Shown here in pieces: positions 1-9,080 of a stretch of 32,000 bases of DNA; position 1 is the stretch's first letter, and each line of letters opens with the position of its first letter. The notes below the pieces were generated by a model. It was not told the DNA's origin. It did not search any database and was given only the letters and a program-made list of their open reading frames with translations. The DNA comes from Candidatus Kuenenia stuttgartensis (GTDB taxonomy: Bacteria; Planctomycetota; Brocadiia; Brocadiales; Brocadiaceae). The position numbers were made by a program, and so were the translations under genes. The stretch lies in assembly GCF_900232105.1 (NCBI RefSeq), contig NZ_LT934425.1, positions 3,630,001 through 3,662,000 of the forward strand. Direction: 5' to 3'.

Positions 1-1935
1 AAGCAAACAGATTTTACGCCTTTTAGAAAACCCATTTCGCTTTCAACTACCACGGAAAAAGTAGAAAAAAAATCGTGGGAATATGAAGTGATGCCGGAGA
101 AGGAGGTTTTAGGAGGAAAGAAAGAGGGAGTACCGGATGAAATTATATATCCTTCTGAGTACAGAAGGCCTGAACCGGCGCTCTATAAACCAGCGTATAC
201 CGGGGAAAAAATTGATATTGCACTCAACTTTGATGATGCAGAAATCAAGGATGTGGTACAGGTAATATTGGGGGAAATTTTAAATGTGAATTATGTGTTG
301 GATAAAAGAGTTGGGGGAAAAGTAAACCTTCATGCCAGCGGAGAAGTCTATAAAGAAGAATTGATCTCTATGCTTAATTCACTCCTTTATGTGTATAATT
401 TTACGATACTGAAAGACGGGAATCTATACAATGTGCTGCCGCAGGCGGAAGCCAGACGGGAAACAAGTATCATTATACACGGAGATAAAATTCCCGAATG
501 GAGTAAAGATATTATTATTCAAATTGTGCCATTGAAATATGCCGACCCGAAAAAATTGAGTTCAACCGTGAAGCAATTCATGTCTAGTATTGGAAATATT
601 GTTACCCACGAAGACTTTCCCTATTTAATGATTATCGATAATGCCTCTGTAATGGAAAAACTGCTTACCATAATAAAAATATTTGATGTGCCTTTTTTAG
701 CAGGGAAAGCCATGAGATTTTATGAGTTTAAATATGTTGATGCACGGAATATGTCGAAGGATCTTGGGAGTTTGGCAAAATCTTTAGGGGCAAAGGTCGG
801 AGGGGACGGGGAATTTGATTTTGTGCCATTCTCAGATACAAATAAATTGATAGTGATTACGAAACTCCCGGAACTCTTGCCTAAAATAGACATGTGGATA
901 AAAAATATCGATGTTCCTCCCACGCAGTTAGACGAGGAAATGAGAGTGTATATATATAAAGTTCAGCACCAGAAAGCAGAGACAATTGTGCCGATTATCA
1001 CTCAGATGTATAGCGAAAAGATGGCGGCGCAGCCGAAGAAGCTTGGAAGAGATATAGTAGAATCAATGAAGGTGCTTGCGGACACTGAAACCAATTCGGT
1101 CATTATGAAGACCTTTCCCAGTGATTACAAGAGCATTAAAGCTATTATAGAAGCAATTGATGCAACCCCGCAACAGGTGTTTATAGAAGTATTGATTGTA
1201 GAAGTCACTCGTAACGATACATTAGACTACGGAACGGAGTGGTTGTGGTCGGGAAGTAATTTGCAAGTATATGGGGTAGGTGATATTGCAAGGGCTGCCG
1301 GTAATGCAGCGGTGCAGTTTACCAACACATTTGCGAAAGGGAGCTTTGAAATTCTTATTGATATTCTCGCCACAAGTTCTAATGCAAAAATACTTTCTGC
1401 GCCGCATATATTAGTACGGGACGAACAACCGGCAAGTATTCAGGTGGGAGAAGAGGTGCCGATTCTTACCAGTTCCGGCCAACAGACGGGCACTACGATT
1501 ACTTTTGAACAGGTACAGTATCGTGATACTGGTATTATCCTTACCGTTACACCACATATTGCCGAAAATGGCCTTATTACACTGGAGGTAAATCAGGAAG
1601 TAAGCAATGCTAAACTAACAGACACAGGCGTTGAGAAATCCCCGACGTTTTCCACTCGTCAGGTGCAAACTTCGCTGGTGATAAAAAGCGGCCATACGAT
1701 AGGTCTTGGTGGTATTATTGAACAAAAAAATGAGAAAGAGGTGAAAAAAATCCCTCTTTTGGGTGATATTCCCTATCTGGGAAATTTGTTTAAGGCGACA
1801 TCGCTTATTGATAAGAGGACTGAGTTAATAATGTTAATTACACCATATATTGCAAATAACGCAGAAGATGCCGATTCGTTAACGCAGGCATTCGAGAAAA
1901 AATTGCAGGAAATTGATTTTCTGGTAAACCAGTAG
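1..1935 (+). CDS. gspD: Type II secretion system secretin GspD, 5' end outside window
   Basis: The frame is open from base 1 (KQTDFTPFRKPISL...) into the listed ORF at 88. N-domain features (IALNFDDAEIKDVVQVILGEILNVNYVLD) and secretin core features (VFIEVLIVEVTRNDTLDYG, SAPHILVRDEQPASIQVGEEVPI, GLITLEVNQEVS, IGLGGIIEQKNEKEVKKIPLLGDIPYLGNLFKATS) are present. Following genes are gspI/J/K/L/M-like. Confidence 0.93.
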   Translation, partial: KQTDFTPFRKPISLSTTTEKVEKKSWEYEVMPEKEVLGGKKEGVPDEIIYPSEYRRPEPALYKPAYTGEKIDIALNFDDAEIKDVVQVILGEILNVNYVLDKRVGGKVNLHASGEVYKEELISMLNSLLYVYNFTILKDGNLYNVLPQAEARRETSIIIHGDKIPEWSKDIIIQIVPLKYADPKKLSSTVKQFMSSIGNIVTHEDFPYLMIIDNASVMEKLLTIIKIFDVPFLAGKAMRFYEFKYVDARNMSKDLGSLAKSLGAKVGGDGEFDFVPFSDTNKLIVITKLPELLPKIDMWIKNIDVPPTQLDEEMRVYIYKVQHQKAETIVPIITQMYSEKMAAQPKKLGRDIVESMKVLADTETNSVIMKTFPSDYKSIKAIIEAIDATPQQVFIEVLIVEVTRNDTLDYGTEWLWSGSNLQVYGVGDIARAAGNAAVQFTNTFAKGSFEILIDILATSSNAKILSAPHILVRDEQPASIQVGEEVPILTSSGQQTGTTITFEQVQYRDTGIILTVTPHIAENGLITLEVNQEVSNAKLTDTGVEKSPTFSTRQVQTSLVIKSGHTIGLGGIIEQKNEKEVKKIPLLGDIPYLGNLFKATSLIDKRTELIMLITPYIANNAEDADSLTQAFEKKLQEIDFLVNQ

Positions 1936-1947
1936 GCAGGTGAGGTG

Positions 1948-2415
1948 ATGAAATTCATTTTGTCTCAAAAAAGAAAAGGATTTACCCTGCTTGAGGTTAT
2001 GGTTGCGATGGCAATTATCGGCGTTTCCATTGGTATTTTTTTCAGCATGGTGGGTAATTCTTCCAGAATTAGAGGGAAAATCGACGATCATACAAATTCG
2101 TTGTTGCTGGCAAGGACAAAAGCAGAAGAATCCTTTTTGGGAATACTTGATGGGATATACACCAGGCTGGATGAAAAAACAATATATGAGGGGGTTACCG
2201 AAAAGGGTGTTAAATGGAAAATCATGGAAATTGATAAATATAAAGAAGCACGTATGAGAGTTATGATGGGGGAGGAGGATGAGGAGCGAGAATTACCCCC
2301 GGAAGGTTATATGGCATTAAATACGCAAGTAGAGGGGATAACGATTGATACGGTAACATTTATCGAACAGAAGAGAAATGATACTATAAAGAAAAAGAAG
2401 AAGGGGAATGAATAG
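1948..2415 (+). CDS. gspI: Type II secretion pseudopilin, GspI-like
   Basis: Prepilin peptidase motif KRKGFTLLEVMVAMAIIGVS followed by a hydrophobic helix; sits directly after gspD. Confidence 0.75.
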   Translation: MKFILSQKRKGFTLLEVMVAMAIIGVSIGIFFSMVGNSSRIRGKIDDHTNSLLLARTKAEESFLGILDGIYTRLDEKTIYEGVTEKGVKWKIMEIDKYKEARMRVMMGEEDEERELPPEGYMALNTQVEGITIDTVTFIEQKRNDTIKKKKKGNE

Positions 2416-3211
2416 TAATTATTGTAGCGTATATGATGATGCGGTTGGCATACATGACAAAAAAGGCTTCACCTTATTCGAGTTACTAATAGCGCTTTTT
2501 GTTGGTATGGTGCTTGTTATGTCAGGGGTGTATGCGATCAGAATTGGCTTGTTTTCTATGGAAAAAGAGGGCGTTTGGTTCAGTGATTCCACAAGGGAAA
2601 AAGCGGCCTTTGATTTCCTTTGGCAGCAAGCGTCTGCCCTGTATAATCAAAAACTCCCGAAAGAAAACAGACTTCTAAATGATAATGTGAAAAAAAAGAA
2701 GGATAAAATGTTTGTTGGTGAAGAAGATTTTCTTGCTTTTGTCTCGCCGCTTTCTTTAAAAAAACATTATTCACAGGGATTGGTAATTGCAAATTATAAG
2801 GTGAAAATGAATGATGAGGGCAGGTTGGATTTGATTTATGTTGAAACACGATTGAATCCAAAATTGTTAATGGATTTGGCGGAAGGATTTAAAACGAATT
2901 TTCGTATGGAATCTAACGCCGTTTTGTATGAAGAGTATACGGTATTTTTTAATGACTGTACATCCGTTGCATTTGAATATTTAGTATCTGATGAGGACGC
3001 AATGGACGATGACGTGGATATTGCAGGAGGGGAAGTGTCTCCTTCTCAACAGAGTGATAATAGTAAAGAAGGCGTGAAAGCAGTATGGAAGGGAAAAATT
3101 ATAGGGAAAATCCCGAAGGCAATAAAACTAACGGTAACAAAAAATGGGGAAGAACAAACGCTTATAACTCCAATTATGGCTATGTACTCGTTTTTAGCCT
3201 ATGGACAATAG
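2408..3211 (+). CDS. gspJ: Type II secretion pseudopilin, GspJ-like
   Basis: KKGFTLFELLIALFVGMVLVMSGVYAIR prepilin signature and operon position; C-terminal IPKAIKLTVT...GEEQTLITPI is GspJ-like. Confidence 0.75.
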   Translation: MNSNYCSVYDDAVGIHDKKGFTLFELLIALFVGMVLVMSGVYAIRIGLFSMEKEGVWFSDSTREKAAFDFLWQQASALYNQKLPKENRLLNDNVKKKKDKMFVGEEDFLAFVSPLSLKKHYSQGLVIANYKVKMNDEGRLDLIYVETRLNPKLLMDLAEGFKTNFRMESNAVLYEEYTVFFNDCTSVAFEYLVSDEDAMDDDVDIAGGEVSPSQQSDNSKEGVKAVWKGKIIGKIPKAIKLTVTKNGEEQTLITPIMAMYSFLAYGQ

Positions 3212-4137
3212 TAGTTATAGGATTTATCGCATTAAGTTTTACCCGCAATACCGGTATTGCGATAAAAACCGAATTGGCGTTTACTGAGCGTATAAAAAAT
3301 GTTTATGCTGCCAGAGGGGCATGTATTTATGCGATAAAAATGCTATTGCTCCCGGAAAAACAGGTTAAAAAAACAGAGGATAATAAAAAAAAGCCGCGCG
3401 GGAAAGAGAAGAAGGGACAAAGTGTACGCCAATGGGTACCAAGCAATAAACCGTATTCTGTATTGATAGGGGATAGGAATTGTGATGTGCATATTTACGA
3501 TGAAAGCGGCAAAATAAACATAAATAAGATTACTGATGAGACGAAACAGGGTTTTATTAAATTCCTTTTAGCCCTGAAGATCGAAGAACATGCAGCAGAA
3601 ATTATAACGGATTCTATTTTGGATTGGGTGGATGAGGATGATTTGCACCATGTAAATGGAGCGGAAAAAAATTACTACAGCTCATTACCTGAACCTTACG
3701 AACCGAAAAATGGGGCATTTGAGATAATTGAAGAGTTAACATTAGTAAAGGGCGTTACCCCGCAAGTATTTGAATTATTACGGGAGCATGTAACCATCTA
3801 TGGAGCCGGCAAAATTAATGTTAATTTTGCTTCTAAGGAAGTGTTGCTTTCCGTGCCCGACATTTCACCGGAAATAGTTGATGCGATTATTCAATATAGA
3901 GATGAAAACGGGAAAATAGAAAAATTCGGAGATTTAAAGGAATTATTCAGAGGGTATGGGGTCATAGGCAAATCCTTTCAGGAAGTGACGAAATATTTAA
4001 CCGTGTACGATTCAAGTTTTTTGACAATTAATGCTCTTTCGCACCCTGAAAAATCAGAAAACTCTTATGGCTCTTACAAGATGATTGTGCGGAAAGGCAG
4101 CGGTGATTTTACTATTATTGCGGTATATCCTGATTAA
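3085..4137 (+). CDS. gspK: General secretion pathway minor pseudopilin GspK-like; overlaps gspJ by ~127 nt
   Basis: GYVLVFSLWTIVVIGFIALSF N-terminus and helix-hairpin-helix-like segments (FEIIEELTLVKGVTPQVFELLREHVTIYGAGKINVNFAS; DIVDAIIQYRDENG). The start codon is uncertain. Confidence 0.8.
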   Translation: MEGKNYRENPEGNKTNGNKKWGRTNAYNSNYGYVLVFSLWTIVVIGFIALSFTRNTGIAIKTELAFTERIKNVYAARGACIYAIKMLLLPEKQVKKTEDNKKKPRGKEKKGQSVRQWVPSNKPYSVLIGDRNCDVHIYDESGKININKITDETKQGFIKFLLALKIEEHAAEIITDSILDWVDEDDLHHVNGAEKNYYSSLPEPYEPKNGAFEIIEELTLVKGVTPQVFELLREHVTIYGAGKINVNFASKEVLLSVPDISPEIVDAIIQYRDENGKIEKFGDLKELFRGYGVIGKSFQEVTKYLTVYDSSFLTINALSHPEKSENSYGSYKMIVRKGSGDFTIIAVYPD

Positions 4138-4349
4138 TAAGTGTCTGGCGAAGCCTCCGACCGATAAAAAGATATTTAAACCACAGATATAGGGTGGATT
4201 AAGCGATTGCGAATCCACCTTTCCTGTAAACACTATTGGTGGATTTTTGGTATATAAAAATTTTAAAATTGTAGAACGAAGCGCCTGCTTCGTTATGAGC
4301 GAAGTTGCACTTCGCCCTACATTCAGAAAATCGCCTAAGGACTAATGCT

Positions 4350-5618
4350 ATGAGTAGGATTCCGTTTGTTGGTGTCTTTTCCCCCAGTGGCACTGGTTTA
4401 TCTTTGCACGGGGATGATCTTGTTATTACGTTTGTTTCCAGGAAACTAATCAAATTATCGTATGAAACGTTTGTAGTAAAAGATTTTTTAATTAAAGATA
4501 GCCAGCAATTAAAACCCATTTTAGTGCAACAAAAGAAATTTGCCGGAGAGATAATCCTCTCCGTGCCCAGAGAATTATGTATTATCAGAGAAATAGAATT
4601 TCCCTATGCAAATATTAAAGAATTACGGGAAGCGTTATCATATCAGTTAGATAGTTTTATTCCTTTTAATAACGAAGATGTTTATTTTGATATTCACTTG
4701 CTTTCCCGCAACCGGCACAATTCAAAGGTACTCATTGTTGCGGTAAAAAAAGAGGCATTGGATGATATATTGTTGCGTTTGAAAGCTCTCGAAATAATGC
4801 CATCTCGGGTTATTATCACACCCTTCGCATTTATTCCTCTCATAGCAGACAAACGAGGCGCTGTTGCCGTTGTTAATAAAAATAAAAAGGATTACTGCTA
4901 CAGCCTGTATGAAAATAGTTTCCTGAGGTCATCGTCGATTGTGAAGAATCTGGATGAGTTGACAAAACAGGTAAAGGCGAATGCTCCCGGAGCAGTTTTT
5001 TATATAAATAACGGTGATACAATTTTGCCGGAAGACTATTCTGTTCAAACAAAACGGATGGATGAGAATGCAGAATCATATGGCGCAGCGCTTTATGGCG
5101 TTTCTGGTTATCCGTGTAATATAAGCTTAATTAAGTTAAAGAGAAAACAACGCAATCCTCAAATATCGGCAATGTGTTTTTTGACAGGCTTCTTAATATT
5201 GTTTATTTTTTTGATACCCTATATTCAGAAAATGAATAACCTTACAAGAATAAAAACCGTGGATTCAATAATTAAATCATTAAAAAAAGAGATAAAGATT
5301 GTTGAAAATACAAAAGAGAGGATGGAGTTGTTGGAGAATACGGTGATTAATGTTGACAAAATCAGCGAAAAATACATTCCAAGAATTGATATTATCCTGG
5401 AATTAGCGAGAATTTTGCCGAACGACGCCTGGGCTAAAACCATTAAAATAGATAATAATCTGTTTGAGATAGAGGGTGATGCGGTATCTTCCACCCATTT
5501 AATACCCATTCTGGAAAATTCACCTCTTTTATCAGCGATTGGTTTAGCATCTCCTGTTACCAAAACGCAGAGCGGGAGGGAGAAATTCCGGATAAAGGGT
5601 AAGGTTGAAAGGCAGTAG
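4350..5618 (+). CDS. gspL: GspL/PilM-PilN-like type II secretion inner membrane assembly protein
   Basis: N-terminal actin-like ATPase fold sequence, one TM helix (ISAMCFLTGFLILFIFLIPYI), then a periplasmic PilN-like region; operon position. The start was moved to MSRIPFVG at 4350, which has the nearby SD ctaagga. Confidence 0.65.
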   Translation: MSRIPFVGVFSPSGTGLSLHGDDLVITFVSRKLIKLSYETFVVKDFLIKDSQQLKPILVQQKKFAGEIILSVPRELCIIREIEFPYANIKELREALSYQLDSFIPFNNEDVYFDIHLLSRNRHNSKVLIVAVKKEALDDILLRLKALEIMPSRVIITPFAFIPLIADKRGAVAVVNKNKKDYCYSLYENSFLRSSSIVKNLDELTKQVKANAPGAVFYINNGDTILPEDYSVQTKRMDENAESYGAALYGVSGYPCNISLIKLKRKQRNPQISAMCFLTGFLILFIFLIPYIQKMNNLTRIKTVDSIIKSLKKEIKIVENTKERMELLENTVINVDKISEKYIPRIDIILELARILPNDAWAKTIKIDNNLFEIEGDAVSSTHLIPILENSPLLSAIGLASPVTKTQSGREKFRIKGKVERQ

Positions 5619-6223
5619 TGATGGAAAAACTGATTGCTGTATTGAGAAGATTTAAAGTACGAGAAAGAGTTCTGCTGATTGGTGCAATACTCGTTCTCTT
5701 TTATATTGTCATCGATAGGGCAATAATTACCCCCTTCTTTACATCGATCAATGAAACGAAGCAGAGTTTAGAAACGAAAGAAAAACTGCTGGAGAAGAGT
5801 TACTCGTTTATTGCAAATAAAAAACGATACGAAGAACGATTGAGTGAGTTGGAACAATATTATGAAAAAATGAAGAAGAAGTTTTTTTATGAGGAGACGG
5901 AAGAACTTGCATCTGCAAAATTGCAGGAGATAGTAAATAATATTGCGAAAAAAAACGGTTTGGTGGTATCGAGAAGCACTGCACTAAAGAGAAATATCAT
6001 CAATAAGAATCCGTATCTCATAGCATTATCAATTAATATTGAAATAAGCGATATCGCAAGTACGGAAGAATTGCGGAATTTTCTCTATGATATCGAATAT
6101 GATAACGACAAAACACTTTTTATTGACAATCTCAGAATTAAAGTATTAGGTGTTACGGCAGTGAAGGGTGCGGTTCTTAACTCGACCTTAACAGCGGTTG
6201 CCTTTATAGAAAAGAAATCATAG
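5618..6223 (+). CDS. gspM: GspM/PilO-like type II secretion protein
   Basis: Short cytoplasmic N-terminus, TM helix (VLLIGAILVLFYIVIDRAII), coiled coil, small C-terminal domain. The reading frame starts GTG/ATG (5618/5621) against the gspL stop. Confidence 0.6.
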   Translation: MMEKLIAVLRRFKVRERVLLIGAILVLFYIVIDRAIITPFFTSINETKQSLETKEKLLEKSYSFIANKKRYEERLSELEQYYEKMKKKFFYEETEELASAKLQEIVNNIAKKNGLVVSRSTALKRNIINKNPYLIALSINIEISDIASTEELRNFLYDIEYDNDKTLFIDNLRIKVLGVTAVKGAVLNSTLTAVAFIEKKS

Positions 6224-6399
6224 AATAGCATAGACTGCACCGAACAAATCCAGTAATTTCTTTGCACACTTCCATTCGTCAGTGCGTGCTTTTTGGCAAA
6301 ATATTTAATGCTTGCTTCTGCAGTCGGCAATCGGCTGTTGACCAATGACTAATGAATGACAGTTACAGTATAATCGCCTCATAATAAACGCTAATTTTC

Positions 6400-6427
6400 T
6401 TGACAATTCAACTTGTCAAACTAAAAT
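6400..6427 (+). promoter_or_regulatory. Candidate sigma70 promoter with overlapping inverted repeat
   Basis: TTGACA (6400-6405), 16-nt spacer, TAAAAT (6422-6427). TTGACAATTCAACTTGTCAA is itself an inverted repeat. It lies upstream of the TPR gene at 6483. Confidence 0.45.
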
Positions 6428-6482
6428 GCCATAAGAACGGCGGCATTATTAATTATTTGAAAAGGAATTCGGGGAAAATAAC

Positions 6483-7517
6483 ATGAAAAAAACAAATTGC
6501 CATTTTGAATTTCTTTCGTGGTTAAAACCAATCTTCAGTTCTGCGTTTTTTTTTGCCTGTTGTTTTGTCTTGGTCAATGCGGGCTGCGGGAAAAAAGAAA
6601 GCCCTTTAACGGAAATAATTGAAATAGAACGAATAGAACCAGTTGCAGTAACGCCAGTTCCTTACGCGGTTACAATGGACACAAGGCCTCCTTTGGACAT
6701 AAATGCCATTGCAGGCGTTCAAGCGCCGGAAACAACAGAAAAATCAATTCCTCCAGAAAAGCAACAAGCCGAACAACCTATTCAGGGAAAACCACTCACG
6801 GCAAATGATTATTACAACAAAGGATGTGAACTCTTTCAGCAGGGGTGGATAAACGAATCGACAGAAGCATTTAGTCTGGCGGTCAGTTTAGATCCGACGA
6901 TGAAAGAAGCATTCAGGATGCTTGCTTTATCATATACTAAATCGGGCAAAGCAAACGAAGCGATTGCAAACTTCAAAAAAGTGATAGAATTAGATCCTCG
7001 CGACGCAAAAGCACTCCTTGAACTTGGAACTCTTTACTACAAGAACCGCATGGCCGATGACGCCATTGCTACCTTTGAAAAATATGTCTCGCTTGATCAA
7101 GGCAATGCCAATGTTTACTATAATATGGGATGTATTTATGGAGAAAAAAACAGGTTTGACAAAGCAGTAAAAGCATACCTTATGGCATTAACCATTAATC
7201 CGAATCATGTCCCAACGTATTACAATATCGGCGTAGCATATAATATGATGGAGAGATTTGATGAAGCCATTGAAGCGTTTAAAAAAGTTTTAAACCTTGA
7301 CCCTGAAAATCATGATGCGCTGTACAATCTTGGATTTGCATATAATAAAAGTGGATTATACGGTGAATCTTTAGAAATTTGCAAAAGACTGACGGAATTA
7401 AACCCTGCAAACACCAATGTGCGCTTGTTGATGGGAGATTCATATAATAAACTCGGCAAACACGAAGAGGCGAAAAGAGAATTTGATATTTACAAAGAAC
7501 TTGTATTTAAGAAATGA
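6483..7517 (+). CDS. TPR-repeat lipoprotein
   Basis: Signal peptide with a lipobox-like LVNAGC; about 7 TPR-like units (e.g. AIANFKKVIELDPRDAKALLELGTLYYK, AIEAFKKVLNLDPENHDALYNLGFAYNKSG). Confidence 0.9.
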   Translation: MKKTNCHFEFLSWLKPIFSSAFFFACCFVLVNAGCGKKESPLTEIIEIERIEPVAVTPVPYAVTMDTRPPLDINAIAGVQAPETTEKSIPPEKQQAEQPIQGKPLTANDYYNKGCELFQQGWINESTEAFSLAVSLDPTMKEAFRMLALSYTKSGKANEAIANFKKVIELDPRDAKALLELGTLYYKNRMADDAIATFEKYVSLDQGNANVYYNMGCIYGEKNRFDKAVKAYLMALTINPNHVPTYYNIGVAYNMMERFDEAIEAFKKVLNLDPENHDALYNLGFAYNKSGLYGESLEICKRLTELNPANTNVRLLMGDSYNKLGKHEEAKREFDIYKELVFKK

Positions 7518-7525
7518 AATTATTT

Positions 7526-7676
7526 GTAACACTTTAGTTTTTTGAAAAATTCTAATAATAGCGATGTTTACCGCATAGTGTAGTGGCGAAGCATTTGCCC
7601 GTTTGGGTATGAATGCTTTTATGACAATTTGCAGCAAATACTTCGCCCCTAATTTTTCAAAAAACTAAAGTGTTAC
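7526..7676. repeat. MITE-like / palindromic element, family A, copy 1
   Basis: Perfect 26-bp terminal inverted repeats GTAACACTTTAGTTTTTTGAAAAATT (7526-7551) and its reverse complement (7651-7676), with an inner GCGAAGCATTTG / CAAATACTTCGCC inverted motif. Confidence 0.8.
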
Positions 7677-7767
7677 GATTATTTTGCTTATTACCACGCG
7701 TTGCGTCCTGATTGTGGATTATTTATTTTTATCCCCATTTGTGACTAAAGTTTATGGATGTTTCATT

Positions 7768-8058
7768 ATGAAAAAAGTTTTGATTTTAATGTGCTTTTTT
7801 CTGCTAACGGGCAGTTTGTTTTCCGGCAGTTTCATTTACGCCCAAACAACACAGGGAAGTAATCAAACAGAGGAAGCCAAACAACCGCAACAATTTCAAA
7901 CTTCCTCTCCCCTCCCGGAAATAACGCCATATCCACGGTCAAAACTAGAGATTATTCAATACATATTGCTGCCATTCGCCATTGGCGCATCGATCTGGCT
8001 CATCTTGCGGTTAGATAAACAGGAACAGAAAGAAAAAAACGAAAAGGAGGAAAACTAG
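7768..8058 (+). CDS. Small exported/membrane hypothetical protein
   Basis: Start moved to MKKVLILMCFFLLTGSLFSGSFIYAQ (signal peptide); C-terminal TM helix IQYILLPFAIGASIWLILRL then a charged tail. Confidence 0.55.
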   Translation: MKKVLILMCFFLLTGSLFSGSFIYAQTTQGSNQTEEAKQPQQFQTSSPLPEITPYPRSKLEIIQYILLPFAIGASIWLILRLDKQEQKEKNEKEEN

Positions 8059-8061
8059 TTT

Positions 8062-8745
8062 ATGTGTGAAAAAAGAACCAAACTACTCTCTCTCATTGCT
8101 ATTTTGGGAATAGTGTTTTTTTGCCGTGAAATGCACGCCCAATATACCATACAACTTGAGCGTCCCGGCAAACTGTTCAGTCCTGCAAAAATCCCGCTGC
8201 TTGAGAATCCGGAACGTGATGTCTGGCAAAAACCGGAATTACTGCTGGATGCGCTGGAAATCAAAAAAGGGAGCGTTGTTGCTGACATTGGAGCCGGTTC
8301 CGGATACCTTGTTATGAGACTCTTAAAACGTACCGGACCAACCGGGACTGTTTATGCCGTCGATATACAACAAGAAATGCTTGATTACATTAAAAACAGA
8401 TTAAATGCGGAAGATGAAAAAACAGTTCGTCTCGTGCTGGGCGGCATGGACGACCCCTTATTGCCTGCAAATAGTATTGACACGGCAATCTTGCTAAGCA
8501 TATACCATGAAATAGCGCATCCTGTCGATTTCATGAAGAAAGTGAAAGCATCACTGAAACCCGAAGGCCGGCTAGCAATTATAGAATTTAGCAAAGAGAG
8601 TCCCATTGGCCCACCGATCAATATCCGCTTGCCGGAAGAATTGGTTATCAACGAATTAAAACAGGCGGGGTTTACATTACAAAAGAAATATGACCTACTC
8701 CTTCCTTACCAGTATTTTCTGGTGTTTAGCCCAGAGGCATTATAG
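8062..8745 (+). CDS. Class I SAM-dependent methyltransferase with N-terminal export signal
   Basis: VVADIGAGSGYLVMRLLKRTGPTGTVYAVDIQQEML (motif I and acidic loop), SIDTAILLSIYHEI. The N-terminus LLSLIAILGIVFFCREMHAQ looks like a signal peptide. Confidence 0.85.
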   Translation: MCEKRTKLLSLIAILGIVFFCREMHAQYTIQLERPGKLFSPAKIPLLENPERDVWQKPELLLDALEIKKGSVVADIGAGSGYLVMRLLKRTGPTGTVYAVDIQQEMLDYIKNRLNAEDEKTVRLVLGGMDDPLLPANSIDTAILLSIYHEIAHPVDFMKKVKASLKPEGRLAIIEFSKESPIGPPINIRLPEELVINELKQAGFTLQKKYDLLLPYQYFLVFSPEAL

Positions 8746-9080
8746 TCAACCTGTCCCTTAGGCTGGCACAGCCGGAATCAAACAAGCAATATATAAAAAA
8801 TACGAAATTCGAAGTACGAAATACGAAACAAATCCGAATAACAAAGCATAAAATTCAAAACAAATCCAAAACTTACAATAATATGAAGCACGAAATGCGG
8901 GATACGAAAGGTGTACTTGTTTAGAATTTCAAATTATTTTGTCATTAGAAATTGTCTCGTATTTCGTGTTTCGTATTTCGGATTTCATCTAAGCCGGCAC
9001 AGCCGAAATCAAACAAACACGAAATGCGGGATTCGTAATTACACTTATTCACACACCATGAAAATCAATGGAGTATATTT

